DNA from: Octopus sinensis
Lineage: Eukaryota
Assembly (NCBI RefSeq): GCF_006345805.1
Contig: NC_043006.1
Span: 92,876,001 to 92,940,000 of the forward strand
Length of the DNA: 64,000 nt
Reading direction: 5' to 3'
Shown here: piece after piece, positions 27,160 through 38,349 of the stretch
How positions within the stretch are numbered: the stretch's first letter is position 1
Layout of the letters: the number at the start of each line of letters is the position of its first letter
Program-made: the position numbers and the translations under genes
Notes under the pieces: model-generated
What the model saw: the letters and a program-made list of their open reading frames with translations, nothing else
Database searches by the model: none
What the model was told of the DNA's origin: nothing

Positions 27160-29719
27160 ATCTTCTCCACTGCTTGAAGGACAGCATATGTTCAAAAAGA
27201 TTTCCAAGGAGGTTCCTACAAGAAACTCAGACAGGTGCTGATGGGTATCCATCATACAGACGCAGAAAACCAGAAGACGGAGGTTTCACAGCAACTATCG
27301 GACAGCACGCTATTGATAATAGATGGATTATTCCATACTACCCACTCCTGTCAAAGACTTTCAATGCCCACATCAACGTTGAGTTTTGCAACTCCGTTAA
27401 ATCCATCAAGTACGTTTGCAAATATGTAAACTAGGGTTCTGACGCAGCAATATTTGGACTTCAACAAGAATACTGCCAGGATGAGGTGACGCATTATCAG
27501 GTGGGACGGTACATAAGTAGCAACGAGGCTTTTCAATTCACCAACGACACCCCGCCATTCAACAGCTTGCAGTGCACCTGGAAAATGGTCAAAGAGTATA
27601 CTTCACCGATGCTAATGCTTCTCTGTTGACTGAGGAACCAAGGGATAGCACACTCACTGCATTCTTCAATCTCTGTCAAGTGGATCCATTCGCTCAAACC
27701 TTGCTGTATCCACAGACTTGGAATGGAAAAAATGAGCCCCACAGAAAGCAGGTCAAAATGTTCATGGATACCCTGGTATTAAGTTTCACACTTGCCTTGC
27801 ACGAGTATACACAGTGCATCCCACTCAACAAGAGTGCTTTTACCTTCGCCTACTACTGCATGAGGTCAGAGGGACAACGTCTTTCCAGGCCCTAAAAACC
27901 GTTCATGGACATGTCTGCACAACATACAGAGAAGCCTGCTATCGACAAGGTCTGTTAGAAAATGGTGCACAATGGGATTTGACTTTAGGAGAGGCTGCTT
28001 TATCACAATCACCTAAAAGTCTCAGGGCACTATTTGCAGTATTACTACAGGCATGCGAACTGTGTGATCCGGCCACTCTATGGCTCAAATATAGAGACAG
28101 CCTGGCTGAAGACTTTCAGCGCCAAGCTCAACTGCTCTATCCTGACATGGAGGGTATCAGCAATGAAATCTGTAACAAAACACTCATTGACATTGAAGAC
28201 AGAATTGCTAAACTGGGTGGAAATGAATTGTCGACGTATGGCCTGCCACAAGCATTCATGTCAGGGTCAAATAGCCTTCCCACTGCTGTCATTCGTGAAA
28301 CAACCTACGACACTCAAGCGCTTTCAAAGTGCATTGTTGAAAATGAGCCTAAATTACTTCCGGACCAGCTGCATGGCTACATAACTATTCTTAACAGTGT
28401 ACGCCAACGCAAGGGACGAATCTTCTTCCTCGATGCTCCTGGAGGGCACAGGAAAAACATTTATTACAAAGCTTCTCCTTGCAGAAGTTAGGCAGCATCA
28501 GGACATTGCAGTAGCTGTAGCCTCCTCTGGCATTGCAGCTACTTTGTTACCCGGTGGCAGGACAGCACACTCAACTTTTAAACTCCCTCTCAATTTAGCA
28601 GCATCCGAAATGCCTTCATGCAACATCAACAAAAGCTGAGATCAGGGACATGTACTTAAAATGTGTCATCTAACTGTCTGGGATGAGTGCGCTATGGCTC
28701 ACAAGAGAGCTTTGGAAGCATTAGATAGAGCCCCGAAAGACATCCGAGACTGTCAGGCTCCATTGGGAGGTGTAACGCTTCTGTTGTCAGGTGATTTCAG
28801 GCAAACTCTTCTTGTTATTCCGAAAAGCACTAGAGCAGATAAAGTCCAATCATGCCTAAAGTCCTCTACCCTGTGGCATCATGTTACAATCCTTAGTCTC
28901 ACCCCTAACATGAGAGTTCAGCTACACGGCGACAAAATGTCCACAAATTTTGCACAGGACATTTTAACACTTGGTGAAGGCAAGGTGCCTCTGGATGCTG
29001 CAGGACAAATGGAAGTGTGGTCATTTTCCTCTGTTGTTAATTATGTAGATGACCTCAAAAACAAAGTCTTTCCCAACTTCACACAAAACTACCAAAATCA
29101 CAATTGGCTGTGTGAAAGAGCAATATTAGCTCCAAAAAACGTCGCTGTTAACAAAATTAATCAACAGCTAATGCATTCTCTTCCCGGCACTATACACACT
29201 TACAAGTCTGTTGATACAATTCCAGATATAAATGAAGTTGTGAACTATCCTCCTGAATTTCTCAATTCACTGGAGCCTCCTGGACTACCTCCACACATAT
29301 TAGCACTTAAAGTTGGAACTCCTTTAATGCTGCTCCGCAATCTGGAACAACCAAGACTTTATAATGGAACACGAATGGTGATAAAGAAAATGATGTCACA
29401 CGTTATCGAGACGATCATTCTTTCTGGATGTGGAAAAGGTGATGACGTCTTTATTCCAAGATTTCCTCTTACTCCATCAGGAGCAGAAATGATATTTACA
29501 TTCAGAAGACTGTAATTTCCCCTTCGTGTCAGCTTTGCTATGTCCATTAACAAATCTCAGGGTCAAACCCTCTCTGTAGCTGGTCTTCTCTTGGAAGAGC
29601 CCTGCTTCTCGCATAGGCAACTGTATGTGGGCTGCTCAAGAGTAGGAACCAAAAGAAACCTTTTTCTATATGCTCCACAAGGAAAAACAAGGAACATTGT
29701 TTACAACGAGGCGTTATAA
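27160..29719 (+). pseudogene. Helitron RepHel pseudogene (Rep C-terminal part plus PIF1-family helicase)
   Basis: Rep HINVEFC...SIKYVCKYVN. Helicase FLDAPGG/GKT (frameshift), ASSGIAATLL.GGRTAHSTFKLP, VWDE, SGDFRQ, PPHILALKVG...LRN...NGTR, SINKSQGQTL, SHRQLYVGCSRV. Stops and frameshifts present. Confidence 0.93.
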
Positions 29720-30076
29720 TCTCAACAGCCAGGAGGTATATACATGATCTCCTTTTTTTAAACAAACTTCATGTACTTTCATGTATTTATATTAATATAT
29801 ATATATTTGTGTGTGTGTGTGTGTGTGTGTGTGTATCCATATATATATAACAGAAAAGTCTAATTCTTCAATTGAATGTAACCGAGCAACGCCGGGTATC
29901 TCTGCTAGTATATATATATATAAAATAAATATAAGAGAGTGGTCACTATATGGCTCACTCTAGCACCAGTTAATCCAAAAGGTTTCAACCACAAAAATAC
30001 ATGTTTCCCATGAAAGTCAGTACGATTGTTAGCTCACACGGACAGGGCAAATAAAAAATAACAAAAATACAGATTA

Positions 30077-30158
30077 TTTTGGGACAATTGTTTCGCTATT
30101 AATGAATTAAATGTAATTTTACTTACAAAAAAATCCACTTGTAGCTCGTCAGCCAAAA
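30077..30158 (-). ncRNA. Type I hammerhead ribozyme A1 (predicted)
   Basis: ttttgg CTGACGA gcta [long insert] tagc GAAA caattg TC ccaaaa: 6-bp stem I, canonical core, 4-bp stem II base, palindromic stem III, GUC site. Confidence 0.88.
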
Positions 30159-30611
30159 CTATCTGGATGAAATCCACTCAATCACACGCCAGATTTTACC
30201 ATAACGATAAATACGCGTGTGGTTCAATTGATTACATCCGACGTTATAATTCAAATGCCCCAACTAACAGCGCGCCAAACTTTCACGGAAAACAAATACA
30301 GCATTTAGAAATAAATGCAGCATAATTATAATTAATTAATAAGGGTAAGAGAATTAGATACTAATTTAATAGTATATCTATTCAACACCAAGTGGCCTAG
30401 TGCTCCGAGAAACCTGGATTATTATAATATTTTATAATATATTACAATATTTTTACAAAATAAATATAAGAGAGTGGTCACTATATGGCTCACTCTAGCA
30501 CCAGTTAATCCAAAAGGTTTCAACCACAAAAATACATGTTTCCCATGAAAGTCAGTACGATTGTTAGCTCACACGGACAGGGCAAATAAAAAATAACAAA
30601 AATACAGATTA

Positions 30612-30693
30612 TTTTGGGACAATTGTTTCGCTATTAATGAATTAAATGTAATTTTACTTACAAAAAAGTCCACTTGTAGCTCGTCAGCCAAAA
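30612..30693 (-). ncRNA. Type I hammerhead ribozyme A2 (predicted)
   Basis: Same fold as A1, exactly 535 nt away on the same strand. Confidence 0.88.
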
Positions 30694-31155
30694 CTATCTG
30701 GATGAAATCCACTCAATCACACGCCAGATTTTACCATAACGATAAATACGCGTGTGGTTCAATTGATTACATCCGACGTTATAATTCAAATGCCCCAACT
30801 AACAGCGCGCCAAACTTTCACGGAAAACAAATACAGCATTTAGAAATAAATGCAGCATAATTATAATTAATTAATAAGGGTGAGAGAATTAGATACTAAT
30901 TTAATAGTATATCTATTCAACACCAAGTGGCCTAGTGCTCCCTATTAAATTAGTATCTAATTCTCTCACCCTTATTAATTAATTATAATTATGCTGCATT
31001 TATTTCTAAATGCTGTATTTGTTTTCCGTGAAAGTTTGGCGCGCTGTTAGTTGGGGCATTTGAATTATAACGTCGGATGTAATCAATTGAACCACACGCG
31101 TATTTATCGTTATGGTAAAATCTGGCGTGTGATTGAGTGGATTTCATCCAGATAG

Positions 31156-31237
31156 TTTTGGCTGACGAGCTACAAGTGGATTTTTTTGTAAGTAAAATTA
31201 CATTTAATTCATTAATAGCGAAACAATTGTCCCAAAA
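31156..31237 (+). ncRNA. Type I hammerhead ribozyme A3 (predicted)
   Basis: Same fold as A1, in the inverted arm. Confidence 0.88.
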
Positions 31238-31516
31238 TAATCTGTATTTTTGTTATTTTTTATTTGCCCTGTCCGTGTGAGCTAACAATCGTACTGACGT
31301 TTATGGGAAACATGTATTTTTGTGGTTGAAACCTTTTGGATTAACTGGTGCTAGAGTGAGCCATATAGTGACCACTCTCTTATATTTATTTTGTAAAAAT
31401 ATTGTAATATATTATAAAATATTATAATAATCCAGGTTTCTCGGAGCACTAGGCCACTTGGTGTTGAATAGATATACTATTAAATTAGTATCTAATTCTC
31501 TCACCCTTATTAATTA

Positions 31517-31696
<180 letters not shown>

Positions 31697-31785
31697 TGTA
31701 TAAGGGTGGAAAGGAACACACGAGTTGATATATATGAAAAAACAAGTCAAAAATAGAAAATGCTAAGATGATTTTATAGTGAATC

Positions 31786-31829
31786 TTTCAGTACCGGTTT
31801 CGGTCATTTTGAGATCTTTTCAACTGTAA
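31786..31829 (-). ncRNA. Hammerhead B1, U3-A8 core variant, stem II mismatch
   Basis: ttacag TTGAAAA gatc tcaaaat gacc GAAA ccgg TA ctgaaa. Confidence 0.6.
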
Positions 31830-32060
31830 CGATTAAATAATTAAATTTTGAAAAATTTTGAAAAATTAGAAGAAAGGTTTTTTTAAAGGAATACTTCCAT
31901 AGTAGTGTTCAGATATATGTGGCATTCTGCCTTTCTCTGACTCCCTTGTTTGCACTTGTGTATCTGAACACATATATCTGAACACTACTATGGAAGTATT
32001 CCTTTAAAAAAACCTTTCTTCTAATTTTTCTAAATTTTTCTAAATTTATTTATTTAATCG

Positions 32061-32104
32061 TTACAGTTGAAAAGGTCTCAAAATGACCGAAACCGGTACT
32101 GAAA
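32061..32104 (+). ncRNA. Hammerhead B2, U3-A8 core variant
   Basis: ttacag TTGAAAA ggtc tcaaaat gacc GAAA ccgg TA ctgaaa: 4-bp stem II, palindromic CCGG stem III, GUA site, short stem I cag/ctg. Confidence 0.72.
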
Positions 32105-32221
32105 GATTCACTATAAAATCATCTTAGCATTTTCTATTTTTGACTTGTTTTTTCATATATATATATATATATGAAAAAACAAGTCAAAATAGAAGATGCT
32201 AAAATAATTTTATAAAGAACA

Positions 32222-32265
32222 TTTCAGTACCGGTTTCGGTCATTTTGAGACCTTTTCAACTGTAA
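32222..32265 (-). ncRNA. Hammerhead B3, U3-A8 core variant
   Basis: Identical 44-mer to B2 on the minus strand. Confidence 0.72.
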
Positions 32266-32592
32266 CGATTAAATAATTAAATTTAGAAAAATTAAAAGAA
32301 TATTTATATAGTGTTCAAATATAACTGGCATTCTGCCTTTCTCTGTCTCCCTTGTTTGCACTTGTGTGTTCGAGGCCGTTGTGAATTCTTGGTAGGGTAG
32401 AAGAAGAAGGTTGAGGAGGAGAGGGGGTGGAAAAATTTGGGAATGCCTTGATGGTCGTATTTTGAATGATCAGTGGCGGCTAGCAGTTGCAGTTTAATTC
32501 AGGAGAATATTTCTATTGAAAGGTTTGTTTATGGAATTTGCGTAGGTGTTATACTAAAAAGCATTAGTGATAAAGTTAAGAGGTAGAAGGTG

Positions 32593-32760
32593 GAGAAGAA
32601 GAAGAAGAAGAAGAAGAAGAAGAAGAAGATGACGATGTTGATGATGATGAAGAAGAAGAAGGAGAAGGAGAAGAAGAAGATGATGATGATGGTGATGATG
32701 ATGACGACAATGATGATGATGAAGAAGAAGAAGAAGAAGAAGAAGAAGAGAAGAGAGAAT
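32593..32760. repeat. Interrupted (GAA)n/(GAT)n tract, part of an inverted pLTR
   Basis: Interruptions match the reverse complement of 35712-35884. Confidence 0.9.
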
Positions 32761-33309
32761 ATGAAGCCGTCTTTCAAACAGAGCACGCCTCCTACAACCC
32801 TTTCCAGAAAATAAGAAAACCAAAACAACACGCAAACACCGATACACACCTGTCTAAAAATCGGAACCTTCACTACTATCAAAAAAAGAATACAGGACCT
32901 AACCCTAACTCTGTAAGCAGCGAGCGATACAATATCAGGAATACCCCCACTTCAAGCAGAGAAAGGATAAATCAATACCCACAGGATAGACACTGCAACC
33001 TTATCCCCACCCAAAAGAGTTACCAACGAAATCTTCGTTCCAACAACCGGTTAAACAACCATGCACAACAAACCCACACCACTCGCAATGATTACCAACG
33101 AAGGCCTCCTAGAACACCACACCCGAATATGGGATATCGGGACGCTCTTCTCAATACTGTTCCAAGAACACACACCATAAATCACAACAGGAGACCCCAC
33201 ATCAACAAAGAACAACTATATAATAGCTATCGTCCCAACCACCGCATTCATTTTTTAGACCCAATACGCAAACACAGAGACACAAGATAGCACCAAACAA
33301 GCAGGAGGA

Positions 33310-35554
33310 ACCAAAAGTGATAAAAATTATCAATCTAACTCACAAGGAACTAACAGCAAACCAAATAAACATACTTTCCAAAGGATTCAAGTTTACACCC
33401 ACCCCACAACACCCCAACTACAATGAAATGAAAGAAGACATCGCAGAATTCTGCAGAAATTAAGACTTACTGAGGAGCTATACGACAAATACAACGAGGA
33501 CGAATCGTTAGTCAGAAATAGGAGTAACTACACCCCCTCTAAAGGTAAGAACAAAACACTTGATGATTTCTGTGACCACCTATCAAATTACCCATATCAA
33601 CATATGCACAAACAAAAACACAAACCAAACTTCAGCAAAAAAGAATGGGCTGAGTTGAACAAATTAAAACAAGATAAAACAATAACAATCAAAGAGGCCG
33701 ATAAAGGGAGTGCTGTTGTCTTAATGGATACGACATTTTACATAACTTTGGTACTATCTATGCTGGAAGACACAACATACTATGAAAAGGCACAAAACTA
33801 CAGTCAACAAAAAATAATGAGGGAACTAAAATCCATGTTAAACCCATACAAAGAAGGGCTCACCGACAAAGAATATGATTATATGACCAATGTCACAAGT
33901 AAAACCAGCCAATTCTACGGTATACCTAAGATACACAAAAGTGAGAAAATAAGCAACGCATGCAAGATAGCTACAGACAAAATAATTAAAGTCCCTAATC
34001 CTAATGACCTCAAATTGAGACCCATAATAGCAGGTCCCGCATGCGAAACCCACCGCCTCAGTAACTTTTTAGACACCCTGTTAAAACCACTCCTCAAACA
34101 TGTCAAAAGCTATATAAGGGACGGCTTGGATATGCTCAATCACCTACCGAATACTATAAACAAAAACACCATATTGGTATCCTTCGATGTAGTCAACCTC
34201 CACTCCAATATCCCCCACAACCTAGGACTAGAGGCAATCCAATTCTGGCTAGAGAATCACGCCAACGAACTACCACATCGCATCAAAAAAGAATTCGTGA
34301 TAGAAGGAGTTAAATTCATCCTGGAAAATAACTTCTTCGCCTTCAAAGACAACTTCTACCGACAAAAATCGGGGGTTGCGATGGGTACACGAATGGCCCC
34401 CTCCTTTGCCAATCTAGTCATAGGATATCTAGAGATCAGTCTGTATCGTAAGGTTCTAGAAAGATATGGCAGCCCTTTCTCCATCTACATAGAAAACAAC
34501 TGGAAGAGATATCTAGATGACTGTTTCATTCTTTGGCATAAAAATATAGAAAAACTCATAGAATTCCAGAAAATTTTAAACGGACTGGACGTAAACATCC
34601 AATTCACGAGGGAATATAGCCAGCAACAACTTCCCTTCCTCGATATCCTCATTAAGAAAGCTAATAATGTAATAGAAACAGACATATTATAAGCCTACAG
34701 ATTCTAAGCAATATCTTCCATTCAATTCATGCCACCCCAGACACACCAGGATGAATATCCCCTTCAATCTAGCAAAAAGGATATGCACTATAGTTTCTAA
34801 TGCAAACACCAGAGACACACGACTACAAGAACTAAAAGATACCCTTATCACCAGGAACTACCCACCTTCACCTATTGACATGTGCATTCAACGTGCCCTT
34901 CAACTTAACATCAAGGAACTGAGACATCCCAAATCAAAGAAAAACTTACGACCAAAAGCCTTACCATACATTTCCACACACAACCCTCTCGATAATGAAG
35001 CCTTCGGCACCATCCTCCACCACCCTAAAAAAAGACCACAGAATGAACACAATCCTCCAAACACACACGATCATAAAAAGCAAGAGACAGCCTAAATCTA
35101 TGAAAAGTCTGCTAACACAAACCCGAATACACTCTTCAACACAGAAGCCGACAGTAAAAAAATGTGGAAGACCCAATTGCGGGATATGCGATTATCTAAT
35201 TGAAGGATCAAGCAGGGACAACTGTTTACAGTGAAAAGCAACTTCACATGTGCTTCGGAGAACCTAATATACTCACTAACCTGCTCCGGGTGTCAAGAGC
35301 AGTACATAGGCCAAACAAAAAATAGTTTGCGTAAAAGAATGGCCCTGCACAGATCCCAGATAAAAACTCCCCAAAACAGAAGAATAGCTTTCAGACAACA
35401 CATAGATACTTGCGCCAACAAAACACCAGGCTTCAGGATTTTCCCCCTCTACCAATTTAGGGACGATACAACCTCGAGACAACGAATAAGTAAAGAAACT
35501 CTCTTTATTACAAAATACAGGCCACTTCTTAACGGGTCTACGACAAACGATTAA
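33310..35554 (+). pseudogene. Penelope-type RT / GIY-YIG endonuclease polyprotein pseudogene
   Basis: IINL...LSKGFKFTPTP, ADKGSAVV, RPII, SFDVVNLHSNIP, QKSGVAMG, RYLDD, LPFLD, YKPTDSKQYL (after a frameshift near 34690), Cys-rich linker CGRPNCGIC, NLIYSLTC...YIGQT...RMALH. Several frameshifts; a low-complexity N-terminal region probably extends back to about 32765. Confidence 0.93.
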
Positions 35555-35711
35555 TATACCTCAACTTTAGAATAAAAGAAATACACACACAAATATTACA
35601 TTCCAAAGAATCCATTACAAATCAGCCCCAATCACAGTTATAATCCATAACGTGCCAACTTCAAGTCATACAACACCTCTCTACTTTCACCCATTCATAT
35701 TCTCCCTTCTC

Positions 35712-35884
35712 TTTCTTCTTCTTCTTCTTCTTCTTCTTCTTCTTCTTCTTCTTCTTCTTCTTCTTCATCATCATCATTATCATCATCATCATCGTCGTCA
35801 TCATCATCACCATCATCATCATCTTCTTCTTCTCCTTCTCCTTCTTCTTCTTCTTCTTCTTCTTCTCCTTCTTCTTCTTCTTCT
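35712..35884. repeat. Interrupted (TTC)n/(CAT)n tract in the 3' pLTR
   Basis: Direct reading. Confidence 0.9.
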
Positions 35885-36017
35885 ACCCTACCAAGAATTC
35901 ACAACGGCCTCGAACACACAAGTGCAAACAAGGGAGACAGAGAAAGGCAGAATGCCACTTATATTTGAACACTATACAAATATTCTTTTAATTTTTCTAA
36001 ATTTAATTATTTAATCG

Positions 36018-36061
36018 TTACAGTTGAAAAGGTCTCAAAATGACCGAAACCGGTACTGAAA
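36018..36061 (+). ncRNA. Hammerhead B4, U3-A8 core variant, in the sense 3' pLTR
   Basis: Identical 44-mer to B2; co-oriented with the RT ORF and about 460 nt after its stop. Confidence 0.72.
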
Positions 36062-36144
36062 TGTTCTTTATAAAATTATTTTAGCATTTTCTATTTTGAC
36101 TTGTTTTTTCATATATATCAACTCGTGTGTTCCTTTTCACCCTT

Positions 36145-36232
<88 letters not shown>

Positions 36233-36254
36233 CTCCGCTTACATATATGTATAA

Positions 36255-36530
36255 GTGAAGGTGCAGTGGTTAGAGCGTCAGGCTCACAATCATGAGTTCG
36301 AATCCCGGACCGGGCTGTGTACCTTGTTCTTGAGCAAGACACTTTATTTCACGTTGTCCCAGATTACTCGGGTGCACTTCACCGGTGCCAAGATGTAAAG
36401 GCATCGGTGGCGTGAAGAGGGGAGTGTGGTACGTATAGAACACTGTTGGTCTTCCGTAAAAACACCCTCGCCTGGACTTATGGTGGGGATAAAATTGCAA
36501 GGTACAATTCATAGTCATTCATTAATGAGC
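36255..36530 (+). mobile_element. tRNA-derived SINE (family of 5715)
   Basis: gcagtggttagagc, gagttcgaatccc, ttgagcaagacactttatttcacgttg. Confidence 0.85.
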
Positions 36531-36639
36531 GGTGAGGATCTTTACACATGTGTAAGGGTGAAGTCTCCTTTTACTCATAACCCCTATATCTGCATGGACA
36601 CATTCTTTCACATACCTATATGCAGACAGATAAATAGAC

Positions 36640-36778
36640 ACCCCAGGACTTATTCCTTTTAAGCCTAGTACTTATTTTATCGGTTCTGATAGAATAAGTA
36701 CTGTTTCGGGAACGTAAACACACCAACATCGGTTGTTAAGCGATGGGAGGGGGACAAACACAGACACAGAAACATATA
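36640..36778 (-). mobile_element. SINE body fragment
   Basis: ccccaggacttattc...aagcctagtacttat...gacaaacacagac, shared with the 15108 family. Confidence 0.8.
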
Positions 36779-36941
36779 TATATTTATATATATATATATC
36801 AGGCTTCCTGATGATTTTTTTGAATGAAACAGTTCTAGTCCTGTAGAAGCTCCTTCTATAAAATAAATTAATTTACTCTGCTATGTATTGAGTACCTTAT
36901 TTACTGTGGTTAACCCCGACTCAACCCGGGACCTACATATA

Positions 36942-37019
<78 letters not shown>

Positions 37020-37060
37020 GATAAATCTCAGAGCGAGTTATAAATACTGACAAATACTGA

Positions 37061-37175
37061 CACGACACAGATAGTGTGTCTATAGCCAACTGGAGGAGAT
37101 ATCTTCCTGGGGCTACAAACTACAGTAGCATCCACCCTTATGGGTTAGCCATATTCAAATGGCAAATATGCAACA
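37061..37175 (+). repeat. Diverged fragment of hammerhead repeat family C (ribozyme part absent)
   Basis: cacagatagtgtgtctatagccaactggag...cctggggctacaaactacagtagcatccacccttatgggttagccat...atggcaaatat aligns with the reverse complement of about 55250-55355. Confidence 0.8.
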
Positions 37176-37199
37176 CGATATATATATATATATATATTC

Positions 37200-37345
37200 A
37201 GCGAGCTTCTCTCAGTTTCTCTCTACCAAATCCACTCGCGTGCCTTTGGTAGAAGACACTTGAACAAGATGTCACGCAGTAGGATTGGATCCGGGATCAT
37301 GCGGTTGGTAAGCAAGCTACTTACCACACAGCCACTCCTGGCGCA
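37200..37345 (-). mobile_element. SINE head fragment
   Basis: aagcaagctacttaccacacagccactcctg, shared with 42440-42485 and 63090-63125. Confidence 0.8.
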
Positions 37346-37980
37346 CGCACACACATACACACACACATTTATGCTGGTGTATACCTACAAATGCATATGT
37401 GTGTATGTTACGCAATGTCACTGTCTGCGAATATGTGTCCATATAGAAATAAGAAGTTAGGAGAAACGATGAGTAGGTTACATGCTTTGCTTCTAGTTAC
37501 GACGCAGATTGACAAGAAGACCATACAGCAAGTTGGTGTGCAGTCTGCGTCGGTTCATGAGCAGTTATTTCCGTATTTCTATATAACAGCCAAACATCCT
37601 ATGAAAATGGAACCGGGATTAGGCCTGTGTTGCTATTGATTATTCCATGTAAACGAATAGCTATTAAGAAAGGTTACACTTTGGCGGAATGTCACAAACC
37701 TCTATTTCCAAACTTTCTATGGACTGTAATATTCTTTTCAATTATCGCTATATATATATTCTCGCTAGCATTCTCTAATCTGTTTGTCTTCCTATCTATT
37801 TCCCCACCTCTCTCTCTCCCTCTCTCACATGCACAATCTCTCTCCCTCTCTCTCTCTATATATATATACATATATGCTTATATACACATATATATGTATA
37901 TGTGTATCTTTTTATCTGTCTATTTATCTCCTCTATTTATATATATATGTGTGTGTGTATTTATATATCTATGTGTTTGT

Positions 37981-38057
<77 letters not shown>
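37981..38057. repeat. (ATAG)n microsatellite
   Basis: Direct reading. Confidence 0.97.
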
Positions 38058-38058
<1 letters not shown>

Positions 38059-38349
38059 GAATGGTTGGATGGATAGATAAATAGCAACTTTTCATTGATG
38101 CTAGTAGTATTACTACTCTTTCATTTTAAATGTTCTACTGTCGCTTCATCTATTTTGTGTAATAAAATCTTATTTTATGGGGGTTTTTTTCTCAATTTAG
38201 AATCAAGTATTAAAACTAAAGCAGATTTATTGAGCCTCGTGACTGAATTAGTTGTCGGTTCACGATTATTTTGTTAATAAGAATATTTTCTTTTTCTTGT
38301 TGAAATATTTTGCATTCTCCCAGCAAAGTAAGTTTAGCTTCTGTGTTAA

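Larger units (their letters stand above)
25849..29908 (+). mobile_element. Helitron, internally deleted/composite, with Rep-helicase remnant
   Basis: Starts A|TC at 25849 (tctctctatatatataaaac, then a tctg microsatellite). Ends with hairpin ccgagcaacgccgg plus CTAG|T at 29908. Contains Rep and PIF1 motifs. Confidence 0.9.
29922..31518. repeat. ORF-less 535-bp hammerhead repeat array (family A): two head-to-tail copies plus a 577-bp inverted arm
   Basis: Copy 1 starts 29922 and copy 2 starts 30457. 30942-31518 is the reverse complement of 30331-30907 around a 34-nt spacer. Few differences by eye; (TA)n on both sides. Confidence 0.95.
31697..36148 (+). mobile_element. Penelope-like element (probably Neptune group) with inverted pseudo-LTRs
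   Basis: Outer ends are inverted repeats (tgtataagggtggaaagg... / ...ccttttcacccttataca) in (TA)n. pLTR copies at about 31697-31960 (-), 31970-32165 (+), 32170-32765 (-) and 35700-36148 (+). Internal RT + GIY-YIG. Confidence 0.92.

Noticed and set aside
29922-31518. CRISPR-like or satellite interpretation of the tandem units
   Set aside because: No unique spacers, no cas genes, eukaryotic context, and only two tandem units.
32529-32882. Poly-K/M, poly-F/I and poly-L/H ORFs (also 35652-36014)
   Set aside because: They are triplet microsatellites inside the inverted pLTRs. The apparent poly-E/D lead into the PLE ORF lies in the inverted segment.
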